DNA of 64,000 nucleotides from Acanthaster planci (Eukaryota), in contig NW_019091356.1 in NCBI RefSeq assembly GCF_001949145.1, positions 4,012,934-4,076,933 of the forward strand, in the 5' to 3' direction. Positions 11,400 to 23,806 of the stretch are shown here, piece by piece. The position numbers and the translations under genes are program-made. The stretch's first letter is position 1. The number at the start of each line of letters is the position of its first letter. The notes below the pieces were generated by a model. That model saw nothing but the letters and a program-made list of their open reading frames with translations. It was not told where the DNA came from and ran no database searches.

Positions 11400-14300
11400 T
11401 CATACATTCCTGACCTGTCCCACTGGCTGGTTCCCCGTACTTGGTGACCCTGAATAGCAATAGAACAACATGACTTGGAAGAACCCAAGCAGGGCACCGA
11501 TGATGTTTGGTATCTGAGGAGCAGGAAACCAGTGGCAAGAAATTAATCTCTCCAAACCAAAGAGGTACAAAAGTGTGACATCAGATTGGCAAATACGTCA
11601 GGATTTTAAGTCCTGGGTTGATGTTCAGAGCAGTGCACCCTCACTGATAGAGGGAGGGACGTTTTTTAACTGAGCTCATGCAAACGCCTGGCGCACGATG
11701 CGAAGACCCGTGCATTCAAATAAACTTGGTCGTGCATCATGTTTAGGGAGTCCATAGCCAAACACGCATAAACCTGCACATGCAGATGGTGAGTTCCAAC
11801 CAAATGACTATCATTTCCACGTATAAACACGCCCTCTCTGTGTTCCCGCTCGGAGCGGATGCAGGATATATCAAATAAGTTTGTCTTCTTATCCCCTTGT
11901 GCCAGTAAATTCCCACTGCAGTGTTGCGGATTGTTCTTCACTAAGACCTTTCCAAGGAAAGGTAACGAGATGAATACTTAGAATGTTACGTATGCAACCC
12001 CATAAAGCCTACTTCACCAATCAAATCCCTGCAGTCTCCTGACGACGGACAGAGAATACCGTCTGAAACGTTGAGTACCCTATGGTTCTTCTCAGACCCA
12101 CACATATTCCTGATTTACTTGGTGTCACTACTTCACCTGCTACCCTCACCGTGACAAACTTCAAATTTCCTCTTCAGGAGGGTCAACTTTATTACTGTTG
12201 AATACAGGAACATTTGTTGGCACAAACCAAACAGGGTCCTGAGGAGACCCCAGTTTGGGGTAAACTCACCTTAACGAAGTTGTCCGTGATGATGTGACCA
12301 TAGACTGCCCACTCCAGCGCGACCAGGAAGTTGGCAAGGCTTAATGGGAAGGCCATGGAAGCTGTGCTCTGGGTCCGAATCACGTCCGCCTGAAACCAAG
12401 AGAAACAGAGAGACTCAAGAAACAAGAATGCAGTTTCCCAAACTCAAGTAAGTTTCCCTGCCAAATTTCAAGAAAAGGAAGAGCAGATATATGTTAAGTC
12501 GATGTTTTGAATTCTTGAGTTCTGTGTTTTGCACAGTCAAGGTTTGAGCTGCATGTCCACTGGGTAAGAGAATGGAACGTCTCAAGCGGACACAAGTTTC
12601 CTGGGGGGGGATACCTCACAACAAATCTTCACAGTCTCCGATTCACTAAGGATGACAAATGGGAAATTCAGTTGGATTCAGCTCAAATTGTGAAACACTT
12701 CTGAACATAAGCTCTTTACAACTCTCTGAGTAAATAATGTGTGAAACTCTTGAATCAATTCAAGCATGTCAGGTTGGATATACGCCATTTACTTAGGCCA
12801 TGAATAATTCATGACAAATCAACAACTCTCATGAATAAAGATTAGATATGAAACATATAACAGGAGTTGGTCCAGTGGTGGAAAGTTTCTGCCGTGTGAT
12901 TTGATATCTAATTTTAGTACCAACAAAGTTTTCTGAATATCGGCTTTGTCTCAGTCCAAGGCTTTGTCTCTGACATTCAAACTGCTTTAAAGGCCTATAA
13001 TGCATTTTGTGTGTTTTTTTAAATAAACATACTTCCAGCTTTAGATTGACAGCACACACTTACGAGGAAGGTTAGATCCAAGCAAAGGGATCACCCATCC
13101 CTGCATTAACCCTAACCGCCTTTTACCTAGGATCCTTCAAAATCCTTGAACAGCCCCCATGAAAAAAATTGGATACAGCCTCAGTCCTCCCAAATCCTCT
13201 GATATGTCTTGAATATGCCTCAATCCCCAACATCCTCAGGCAATTCCTCTCATGATGTTGAGGCAGTGTGAATGGTACCCTGGAGCAGTATGGAGAGTGT
13301 CACATATAATGTGGGCATGAATTTATGCATGGCTGAACATAAACACCACAAGGTCTAACCTACAACCTTGAGACAATGCATCCTTCGCAATCAGCAATGC
13401 AATTTTGCCATGCAGCCTCAATCCTCCAAAATCCTCCAACACAAGGATTTTGAAGGATTGAGGCTAGTTAGGGTTAAGTAGCAGTGATGACTCACCAGTG
13501 TGCTCAGAGGGGAACCATACATGACCACTGAGCAGCAGCAACCAATGAGACCTAGATGGCCCAGAGCTGTGCCGATGTCATCCACGAAGAACTTGATGTA
13601 GATAAGGACTGGGAAAATAAAAAGACCGGCAAACGACAGCTTTCTGTGGACTGCAACCTGTTCAAGGATTCAAAAAGTGAAAGCTGATGGTAAAATCTAA
13701 TAAAAAAACAAAAAGTATATGCAGCTGAATTCACTTCACTGTTTGAAGTCTACTTTAACAGGCATGCTGGGACTTTGACCAAAAAACAAGGAAATTACTT
13801 TCTTTACAAGACTTTGCTTAGTGTTTATCAATTATCAGTGGCATGAATGTAAAATGAAAAACTAGGAATTCCGCTGATCCAAGGAAACATTGCACACCTG
13901 CTTTAAGTATTAAACTAAACTGTTACTGTTGTAGATTTGGAAATACTTAGGTAAGTTCCAAAATAAGAGCTGGAGTTCATTCAAAGATAGAAATAACTCT
14001 GCACTGAACAGGTGGAGGAAATGCTGCCTGACTTCAAACTCTTTCAAGTCCTTAAGGCAACTGATTTAAGTAGAACAGCAGGCTTCATGCTTGCCAAGTC
14101 TGCAGATGAGAACAAACCGGGGAAAAACTGAGCAAGCTCTACTCTTCCCAGGTCAGATCAGCAAGATCCATCATAGTGAGCTATAGCATGGTTATTGCCA
14201 AGAGTAACTCAGAGCTACCTTCTCAAAGTCGTGGATGTAGAAGATGAGGATGTAAATGGATTGAAGAATGACTCCGGCTGCATTGACGATAATCAGTGCT

Positions 14301-15566
14301 GTGTCTTCCTTGAGAATTCCGTACTTCAACCATATAACACAACTTCAACATAAGATAAACAAATAGTGTTGTAATCATCGTCAAGACATCACAAAGGCAT
14401 TGGTAAATGTGTATAGGATTCAAGGTTCAAGACTCGTTTATCAATCAACAAACATGAAGCTTACAATGTCATGCAAAAGAAGTTTATTTGCTCAAAAAGT
14501 AAAATGACTGATTCCAAATTACTGATTCAAACTACAAATGCATACCTGATATGCTACAAAAAATATGACACCAAACGAACACAATTTATGTAATTGCTTG
14601 ATCATATAAACAATCAATCAAACAACAGACCAAACAAGAAATGAAACAATGTATCACACATCAATAAATCCAACAAGGGAGGAAACAATAAACTGATAAA
14701 TTCTAAATCTAACAAGGTATTCAAAAAAAAGACCGATTACTAAGAAATCTGCCAAATCAATAAGTGATACTATAAGTGTTCTAATGTCAGAAAACTCCCA
14801 CACCATTACTTCAGATTATTTTTAAAATGGCTTTAGGAATAAATTAACGAATTTATTGGGGTGATTGGGTCGCGGCTGATTACTGAGAACAAGTTCAGCA
14901 ATTAGGCAACCAGGAGATTGCCTATATTTCTTTTTACCTGATGTCAGAAGCCAGAAATGGAAAGATGGAAACATTAGTGGTATTCCCTTGCCTTCTGATC
15001 TTCATGCAAATTTGTCTACAAGAGAGAGAAAACAATAACAGTTTGTAAACAATATTAATGCTTATGTAGAATTCTCAAAAGGAATTAATGCAAATGTTGG
15101 CAAGTAGCAAAACATACATGTACATTAAACGTTGGCTTACAGGTGGCACCTGACTGCAGCATGTTAGGTTTACCTGCAGTAACTGTTCACCGGTAAAGTC
15201 AACAACATATATCTTGGTCAGGCACAATTTTTCATAAAACTTTTAATTCTAATTTTCCTAAGACAACCTTCTTTCAAAAGTCTTGTTAAATTAAAACTAT
15301 TTAAAAAACCCTAGATAAATAAATGTATGTACATTAACTCCTACGTGTATAATGTGCACTTGTGCTCAATAATTGAAATCAATCTAAAAGGAACAGCAGA
15401 TGTAAATACCAGGGTAATTATGGGCTATTTCCCTGACATGCCTGGGCTAACAGTAAAGTCTAATGACCATATTGACTGGTCAATATACTCACATTCCTGT
15501 TAGGAGGAGTGCAATAGTCGATAATGTTGCCACGACGGACATAGCATCCTTTGCCTCTAGGACCAT
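11400..15566 (-). CDS. SLC50A1: Sugar transporter SWEET1 (MtN3/saliva family), 223 aa, 6 coding exons
   Basis: Minus-strand exons 15566-15493, 15015-14938, 14342-14219, 13657-13496, 12389-12270, 11513-11400 (74+78+124+162+120+114=672 nt, all GT-AG, in phase). Translation MVLEAKDAMSVVATLSTIALLLTGIQICMKIRRQGNTTNVSIFPFL...WLKYGILKEDTALIIVNAAG...MYGSPLSTLADVIRTQSTASMAFPLS...WAVYG...IPNIIGALLG shows two MtN3 repeats. Confidence 0.95.
12036..12075 (+). ncRNA. Candidate minimal type I hammerhead ribozyme, Penelope-like element remnant
   Basis: CTC-CTGACGA-C-GGAC(loop)GTCT-GAAACGTT-GAG: core CUGANGA and GAAA boxes, stem II GGAC/GTCT, stem I CTC/GAG, palindromic AACGTT in place of stem III. Antisense to SWEET1 intron 5. 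Confidence 0.4.
13106..13477. mobile_element. piggyBac-like MITE in SWEET1 intron 4
   Basis: TTAA|CCCTAAC at 13106 and GTTAGGG|TTAA at 13477; subterminal inverted repeat ATCCTTCAAAATCCTTG / CAAGGATTTTGAAGGAT; three internal GCCTCAATCCTCC-like repeats. Confidence 0.7.
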
Positions 15567-16402
15567 CGTCACATCCACTGACTGTTACACTGATTCAGTT
15601 AGACAGACTGGATGGATGGTAGGCCTACCACATTACAAGATGACCAGCAGGGTCATGCTGCGTCTCTCCAGGTGGAATTATAAGAAATGCATGTTACATT
15701 TCACATGAAGCCATTGTCTTGTTATTTCCAAGGAAATAAATCTGCAGATGGATAGAAATCCTAAAACAAATATACAAGAGCACCGAGAAAGAATTTCATA
15801 TATGGATGGCACTAATTTTTCCTTTTAGTTACCTTTTAGCCATCTGAAAGCAAAATCCTATCCTAAGAAGTTTGAATTTAACAGGGAAGATATTGAAGTA
15901 TTCACTTAGAAAATACTGGATTTTCAGACCACTCTCATGGGGTTTGTACACAGGGTGTCAAGTGGCGTCTTAACGAGGCATTCTTTTCGACTAAACTTTG
16001 CATGGTTTGTCAAAAGAAATACCTGGCATATCTGGAAAGATTTCTCCTAAGTCCAACCATGGGGCAAGGAAAAGACGGTGGTGCAGCAGCCTGTGCAGGT
16101 GGTGCAGCAGCCTCTGCAGGTAGGGCAGCAGGCCACTCCCCACACACATCCCACCAATCTACCATGACTACCACACTGTTTCTTTGTCTTTTTCACAAAC
16201 ATAACAAAACAAACAGACCTGGGCCTTTGCATTTCTTAAATATCCGAGGAAGTCCTACATGTTTGATTGACCAGGGTTGTTGACTGTTTTAGTGCAAGGC
16301 CAACAGAGACATGTTTGTGTTTTACTGCAATTCTGCCATATGTCTTTCAGTTTCACGTCTGAAATTCCAGAGCGGTGTGACGGGAGCAAGTATGATTGAC
16401 CC

Positions 16403-16485
16403 TAGCCCCACTAGTGTGGCACGGATCACTCCCGATTTATCCTTAGGATAAATCGGGAGTGATCAGTGCCACACTAGGGGGGCTA
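16403..16485. mobile_element. 83-bp near-perfect palindromic MITE with a 9-bp target-site duplication
   Basis: TAGCCCCACTAGTGTGGCACGGATCACTCCCGATTTATCCT..AGGATAAATCGGGAGTGATCAGTGCCACACTAGGGGGGCTA, flanked by GATTGACCC (16394-16402) and GATTAACCC (16486-16494). Confidence 0.75.
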
Positions 16486-16885
16486 GATTAACCCATGGAG
16501 CTGACCATGCCAGGCAAGCACCATGTACCAGGGCCTAGTCTGATGTGACAGGTGGAAAATTCTCAAGTTGTTTAAAACTGCCGCAATTCCCAATAATCTT
16601 TTATTTTTATACAACTGTAGGAATGACTACATACCTTCATTTGTGATTCAAACACAACATTCCAAAGAAATGCTGAACTTGAACACGTAAGCAAATCAAC
16701 TCTTCAATAAACGTAATTTGAGACGACTTAACGTGGAACAGGTAAAAAAAAAATAATTTAACGCCCTCTACAGACAGGATTAGATTAACTGCACGCAACT
16801 AGGCTTGGTGGCGCTATACAACCTTGCGCGTGTTGACAACACAGGTTGAGGGAAGTGGCGTACATATCCAGGATTTGTTGGGCAG

Positions 16886-17088
16886 CAGTGGCGTAGCCGG
16901 GGGGGGGAGAGCACGTTCCCCCAGAAATTCCTGGGGCCCCCACTAAAAAAAAAAAAAAAAAACCCGGATGAATGGATATTGAACAAGGCTAACGACGTCG
17001 ACCCCCCCAAAAACCCTACACGACTGAAAGCTGGTGCCCCCCATAAGATGCTGGTGCCCCTACCAGTAAAATCCTAGTTATGCCGCTG
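16886..17088. mobile_element. hAT-like non-autonomous element (CAGTGGCGTAGC...GTTATGCCGCTG)
   Basis: Imperfect TIRs starting CAG, G/C runs and repeated CTGGTGCCCC inside, and a degenerate 8-bp flanking duplication TTGGGCAG/TACGGCAG. Confidence 0.55.
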
Positions 17089-19375
17089 TACGGCAGACAA
17101 TAGTCTCAAAGGCCAAAGAATCAAAGTTGTAGCTATGTGAGATTAATACCCAAACAACAAAGTCTTTGACCTATCCTTATGATGCCCGATGGGCCTATGT
17201 GGTTAGGGGGACACACCTCTCTCTGTTGGGTATTCTTCAGTGCTGGGCAATCTTGGGAATTCCTTCCAATTCCCGGGCCGCTCTTCCTGATCAGGAAGAG
17301 CGGACGACATTAGACGGAGGTGGGCCACCGCGTCGATGAAGCGGCCGAGAGTAGACAGAGGTGGGCCGCCTCGTAGAAGGATTGGGCCAACATAAAGATG
17401 GAAGTGAGTCAATGTTTTGGTGGAACCCTCTTTGTAAATGTTCGCTTCTTGTTAGAAAGTAAAAATATACCGAAACACCCAAGGTACTCTTCGAATACGA
17501 AATCGACTATACAAGGCAATTTGTTGTGCCCAGTTATATAAATTTTGCTGCAAATATATGGATTTCATTATCTGCAGTAATGAAAAAAGTTGGCAACTAC
17601 TTTTAATGATCAGCGGACCCTCTATCCTTCTCAACGGGATCCTCTTCAGCAGAGTTCCAATAGCAAATCCAATTCCAGAGTGGCGATCATGACACAATAA
17701 ATCTCCCAAACGGTGCACTCAACATCGCGCAAATAATTAGCCAGCTCAGTCGCGCCGGGAAAGCGGGGACAGACGGCACAAAGTCCTTAAATTATCGGTA
17801 CTTGATGGTCTCCCATTAAACCGTATGATTCACGAACAAACGCCTCTTGCCTCTGCGGCTCTCCGTCATCTAGGTAGAAAAGACCCCCCGCCGAAAGAGT
17901 AAACAGTATAATGCACCATTTGGACTTCACCGGTTGGCGCGTGTTTGAGCTGCAATCACATGGTGGATTGGGGCTTGCAGGAATTGTGATTATGTGGACT
18001 GAGAGCATCCACACCATCCATCTGTCGTCTGAGGTTGCACGGTCTACACTGTTTATTTTCCCTTCCAATTTTCAAGCAATGTCTCGATTCCTAGTATGCC
18101 GACTTAATAGAGATAGGCACTGCAACATTTTTTAGTCTATGCCCATGCACGAAGCCTCAGACAATAGGAAAAATCTGGGGTTAATTTTGGGGGGGTTCGT
18201 TTTCAAGCTTTCGCAAGGTTATTTTCTGTAGTGTCACGCCAAGAGTGCCTACAAATACTCTGTTCAAAGTCGGGTATTGCGTGCAAGCATTAATGTTTTT
18301 TGGCGCGAGAAATAGAAAAAAATCCATTAGACTATCCCCTCTTTTGTCTGACGTACACAATTCAAATACGCAAAAACGGCACTTAAGACAGTCTTTGGCG
18401 TTATCATTCCAACCAAGCGACACGGATCCTACATGTTAAGGACCTTTTTCCAGCCCAGTCTCAAAACACGTTTGAATTTTCCGGCAATTTCTAAAATTTA
18501 ACATTCCGCGGTCTCCACCAAGATGGGAACATTAGTTGATTTTTTTGTCGCTGTAGTCAGAACACGAGAGATTGTGTATACGTCTTTGATTTCAGCCCAA
18601 CCTCATTATCCGTCGGCAACCGAACCGAACACAAGTGACTCAACCGAATCATGATTTATTGCACAGGTTTCCTGTCCCGCTCTTGTATCTGAAATCAAAG
18701 TCCATCTAGTATAGCGCGCCAACTTTGTACTCCTCCCGTATCCATAAACAGTCGTCTGTTGGTATGGGATTTTTAAAGTGTTGACGCCGCCTGCTGAATT
18801 TGATGAAGTCGACATTTTCACTTCAAAGTTCAACCGAACACTTAGTAAAGCGCTCCGTACTGATGCTGGGACATCAGTACGGACATCAGACGTCAAGAAC
18901 CACACAAGGCGTTTCAAATGGACCCATCAGCAGCTGGAAATGGCAAATGTAAAAATGTATCCGAGAGCACTCGACTAAGCTGAGGAAAAGATCTTGACAC
19001 TTTAGTGTGAACAAAATTCTTCGCGGTGAAGACTGCTCCCCATGCTTTTGTTAATCAATCATACCTAAAACGAAAATCCTAGGCACCTTAAGCATTTTGT
19101 AATATTCTCTAGAACTCACAGAACTTCCCAGAATTATTTTAAGCCGAGGGCCTTTGTTTGCCAAGGAGGTTTATTACGAGCGAGCTACTGGCCGCCTTAT
19201 TCCTAAATCCCATGCGTTACCAGGCATTGCCAAGTCAGGGCTCAAATTTGATGGGCAGACACGAACCACAACCAATGCCTCAGGGCACCCAACAGGCACG
19301 CCACCTTGCTAGGTCTAATTAAGGTGGAAGTGGCAGCTCTTTGAAAACGAAATTAGATTTTTCTTATCAGGCTTA

Positions 19376-19644
19376 AGGCGCTTTTCCATATGTACGATTT
19401 GGGGATGCGTTGCTAACACGATATGTTCATGCGTTTCACTTTCACGGACACAAAATTCGACTCCTTTAACAAGGCACATGTGAGCGTTGCTTTTGGCCGT
19501 CAAAATTGCCCCGAGAAAGTGATTTTGACAGAATTATACGCAACGTCTGACGCAAGGGCTGACGCAAGGGCTGACGCAAGGGCTGACGCAAGGGCTGACG
19601 CAAGGGCTGACGCAAGGGCTGACGCGCATAATGGAAAGGCGCCT
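19376..19644. mobile_element. PIF/Harbinger-like MITE carrying a subterminal 12-bp tandem array
   Basis: TIRs AGGCGCTTTTCCAT / ATGGAAAGGCGCCT (13 of 14 match), with TTA on both flanks (19373-19375, 19645-19647). Confidence 0.7.
19547..19625. repeat. Perfect 12-bp tandem repeat (CTGACGCAAGGG)x6 plus a partial copy
   Basis: Directly visible; it accounts for the ADAR/QPLR/ASAL low-complexity ORFs in the track. Confidence 0.95.
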
Positions 19645-21808
19645 TTATTTGGACGAAATTGCGTAAAAACGTGCGCACGTGTTTGAGTACAAACAGGGTT
19701 TGTAGCTCTCAGGTACAAATAAGGGTGAGAAGATGTTCTTCTAGATGAGTAAAACCCCTCATCAAATCAGAGATTGTCAATACACTCTTCCTTTTCATTC
19801 ACGATATTTTGTGGCAAAATGTCACCTTTGGAACCTGAAAGCTTTGACGTAGGTTTGATGCTACCTTTGCGTCTGTGCCATCTCGCATCAAAATGTCGAT
19901 AGGTTTGGTGAGTCTACGGTCTTTGCAGTCACGCACCTAAAGGTCGGTAGTTTGACGAACTCATCTCGCGTCAAAAATCGATTTACTTTGGGTAGCCTAC
20001 GTCTGCGTAGACATACGCAAAATTTATACGTGATATGCCTTAGATCAAACCTCTCAGCCACAAGGATTCAATTTGTCCTTGCACTTTGTATTGTCCCTTG
20101 TCATTGTACCAAAGCACGCACCTTACCCTCATAATTGTTTCGAGACACAGGAGGAGCTAGCTGGCCACGTTTATAAGGAAACCCTATGCGCCCTTTGAGT
20201 GTATCATTTGGATGATGTGACACCATGGCAACGACAGCACACACGAAGTAGTTTATCCCCTTCCCTCCTCCTAGAGACGCCTCCGCACGAGAAATCCTCC
20301 CACGTGTTCTCACACGTTCGGCCCGATCCCTATCTCACATTTTTCGTGATGACTTTCTGAATGTGCGTGCTTACAACAAGCGAATAATCACCACACGAGA
20401 GGTTTCCAGGCCTCTACCATACGAGCACACAAAGCAGTGGTCGACTCGCCACTGGTCGTTTTACTGTTTGAAAGCCCAGGCCCGTGCTTGGACAGTGTTC
20501 AGTCGCAGAGACATGTCTCAGAACACTAGTAATGGAGACAGGGCTGTGAGTCCAAACTCTCTGTGGCTGTGACAATACTGTGGCTCCTAACTGGCAAAAT
20601 CCGAAGCTGAATCACAAGACACTTGATCTGGATATGGCCTGATATCAAAATATGGCGGGTGGGTCATTGTGAGGTCGAGTGCACACAATCTGCACGCACA
20701 AACACCCACCCCTACCTGTTTTACATTCAAAGTGTGGACATTCCTTTGTTCTCCTGTGGTTAAGGAACCTTGAGGAAAATGCTCCTTTTTCTCCTACTAG
20801 GATAATTCCTTCGAGCTGGATTTTTGATGGTGATTCCCTGGACTGTTCCTCTTCATTTTGCCACTTTGACCCCAAAATGCCTCTGAAGCTGTTTTTCAGA
20901 GAGGGGGAAACATTGTGTGGACACATGCGAGTTCACACTACACCATCGCACCCTACATTATGTAGACTTCTTTTGAGCAGAGGTCCACACTATGTATGCC
21001 ACGCCTACACATAGTATAAACACAAATATATTGTGACACACTCTGTACTCTCCTCTTCTGCCGGCGAATTAGTATCTTATACCAAAAGTGCCCCAGCAGT
21101 CCCAACAGACAAACAGGTTGAGCGGTAAGTTGTACTGCCATGAATAAGTCATCGCTTATTCCACTGCTAGCAACGCAACCTTTACCAGGTAGCTATAATT
21201 TGTATAACTTGCTCACGGGGGTTTAAAACGTAGATGGGAATGGCTGTGTGGAAGTAGAAGGAAATGACAACCGCATTTTACTCCGTAAGGTTTGGCGTGC
21301 ACGGAACACCTGTCAGGTAGCTTACTGTGGCGTCAAGCTATTAATTTGGCTGAAAACATTAGCAGATTGCAATGTGAATGCACTAACGCTCTTGCAGCTT
21401 CATATCCCACGGGAGATGGTGCTCCACTGAACTGTTTCAGTGTTTCAAGTTGATTAAAACTGCATGTAGGACCCTCACTTTCCATTAGAATAATTAGCCT
21501 CCAAATCAACCGTGTAAGAGGCTGGTTGCGTTACTCTGCCGTCCGAGAAGATGTCGTCCTTGACTGGTGCACGTCTTTGAGGGGAACGCTGAAGTTCTTA
21601 AGCAGAAGATTCTTTTCCAAACAATTAACCCGATTACTGTGCAGCTTGGCAATGTTCTCCCTTATCCCCTTGATTTTAGTTCTGTCCCCCAAGCACTATC
21701 CACTGTTAATCTACTGCTAGTGTTTGTTCTACATACCGTACACCCCCTTTCCGGGCCCTACCGACGAGCTCTTGTTCCACTTTACCACGCCCACTGCACA
21801 CCTTGCAC

Positions 21809-22072
21809 TGCACATAGGGTTACATGCATTGATCACCGTTTACATGGAACCATGGAACCGGAAGTTAACGCGCAACGTCAGCAATTGTCCAATGAGAGCC
21901 TGCAAATCGTGGCGCGTCCGCCTTTGTGACGAAGTCACTTACGAACCGGATCCAGTTCGTAAGGGACTTCGTCTTACACGCGGACGCACCACTGATTGCA
22001 GGCTCCCATTGCACGAACACAAGGGTTGCGCGTTAACTTCCGGTTCCATGGTTCCATGTAACTCTATGTGCA
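21809..22072. mobile_element. Foldback (palindromic) MITE-like element
   Basis: Perfect 37-bp inverted arms at 21840-21876 and 22025-22061, imperfect pairing inward to a centre near 21950 (TTACGAAC...GTTCGTAA), outer arms TGCACATAGGGTTACATG / CATGTAACTCTATGTGCA. Confidence 0.7.
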
Positions 22073-23806
22073 TGTAACCATTGATCACCNATGGAGATCA
22101 ATTTACTCATTTCAGCTTGGCTACTGGGTTGGCTTGTCTTGGCGTTGTTCGTTTTTCTTCGTGCTACTCTCTTAAGTTATTCATGATAACACTGTAGAAA
22201 CAAACCCGATAATTATGTTACCGGCCTGTCAACCAGTCTGCTCAATCTGGCAGAAATATAAACTCCTTGAAGTGATAACCAAATCCTTCCCTGGACACTG
22301 GAGGTCCTCGCCCTCTCTGACTGACACTGACATTTCATTAATTCCGGACCGGTTGATAAACGTCTTACGTCCGCACGAGGTTTGAGAGCGTCCATTTGCC
22401 GCCCCGTGGTGAACACCTGAAGCAGAGCGACTGCACTTAATACTACAAACTATACACCCAAGGGGAACAGCCCGAGAGACAGGTGACATTCGAAGAGGCT
22501 GTTTCCCTTTCCCAGGAAACTGTCTTCGGCAAAGAGCGGTAATGATAGTTCTTCAGCCGGAGACCCTCTCACTGCACACACTCTTTGCACCCTTAATCCA
22601 AATAACATCCCACAACATATCTCTTCTCACAAACAATTCTGTCTAAAGACTGTGTGATCTTTGCAACTGAATTCTGTATCATCGTCCCTATAATTTGTTT
22701 TTCTTTAAATTCAAAGAGGAACTTCAATTGCTAGGTGTCTTCGCAGGATTAACGCAGTCGTAAGGATGCCTTCTTATCAGCTCTCTCCCCCTCTAAAGAC
22801 CTTCGCCTTGATAAACATTGCCTCGATGGCTAAATATTTAAACCTCTCTTTTGAAATAGCTCCATGACCAGAGGAACCGACGATATTGTGCTTTACAAAC
22901 CCGGATGTGTTATCCCTCGCGCGCCACTTATTTACCCCCGAGCTGACAAGGTTACGGCATTGGTAAGAGGCTAGTGCTGACGTGCACGTGGTGCGCCTGA
23001 TCGGTTTTATCCTAACAGTTAAAACAGTCTGCGCGAGCCAAGGACTGGTATTTCAATTGCACTGACAATGATCGCTTGGAGATGGCATGTGAAGAGTAAA
23101 GGGACAGCTTCACAGGCGGCGGTTGAAATCGAGAATGAATTACGCTTTGCATGTATTCGTACACGCTGGACTTCATAACGAGAACGCGGGTAAAATTACG
23201 AGCCTCATCTTGCACAAGTCAATCATCAGCTACACGTTAGATATTTCAAAAACTGACTCTTGATTGGAATCACTGTGTTTGCAGAAAAATTGGAAATGCC
23301 ACAGAGCTCATGAAAACGGTGGATGCGACGCCATGCGAAATGTTTGTGTGCTCTACGCAGTAAATTTATAAACCCAGCCCGTGTACGCCAAATTGTCGGC
23401 CGTGAACGAGGCTTTGTGTCGCGATGAAGAAGACCCATGGCCGGAGAATCCTTGGCTAGCAACTTAACATCTGATTGTGTAAGATACATCTGATACCTGG
23501 GCAGGTTGATGGCTCTATGCTTGAGCCATGGAGCTCTGGATTGACATACTAGTCAAGTTATTTTCACTGAATCCACTCTGACGAAAAAGATTGAAGCTTG
23601 ACGGACAAACTTCACTGGATGTACAGAGGAATATCATTTTTTGTGAAAAAAAAAAAGAAAATCATTAAATCTCTGTGTTAACTTAATTCAAGAGGCCTCG
23701 ACGTATCGAAGGCCCATCTTAAGAACTAGCTTAGCGATAAGCATTCGTCTTCTGAAATCTTGAAGTGTGAGATCAAGGTGTTAGAAACAACGGATTTTCG
23801 GTAACG

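Noticed and set aside
17200..17215. CCCTAACC on the minus strand as a possible telomerase RNA template
   Set aside because: The match is too short, and I could not identify a pseudoknot or H/ACA domain.
19423..19718. ORFs with ADAR/QPLR/ASAL repeats
   Set aside because: Artefacts of the 12-bp tandem repeat inside a MITE.
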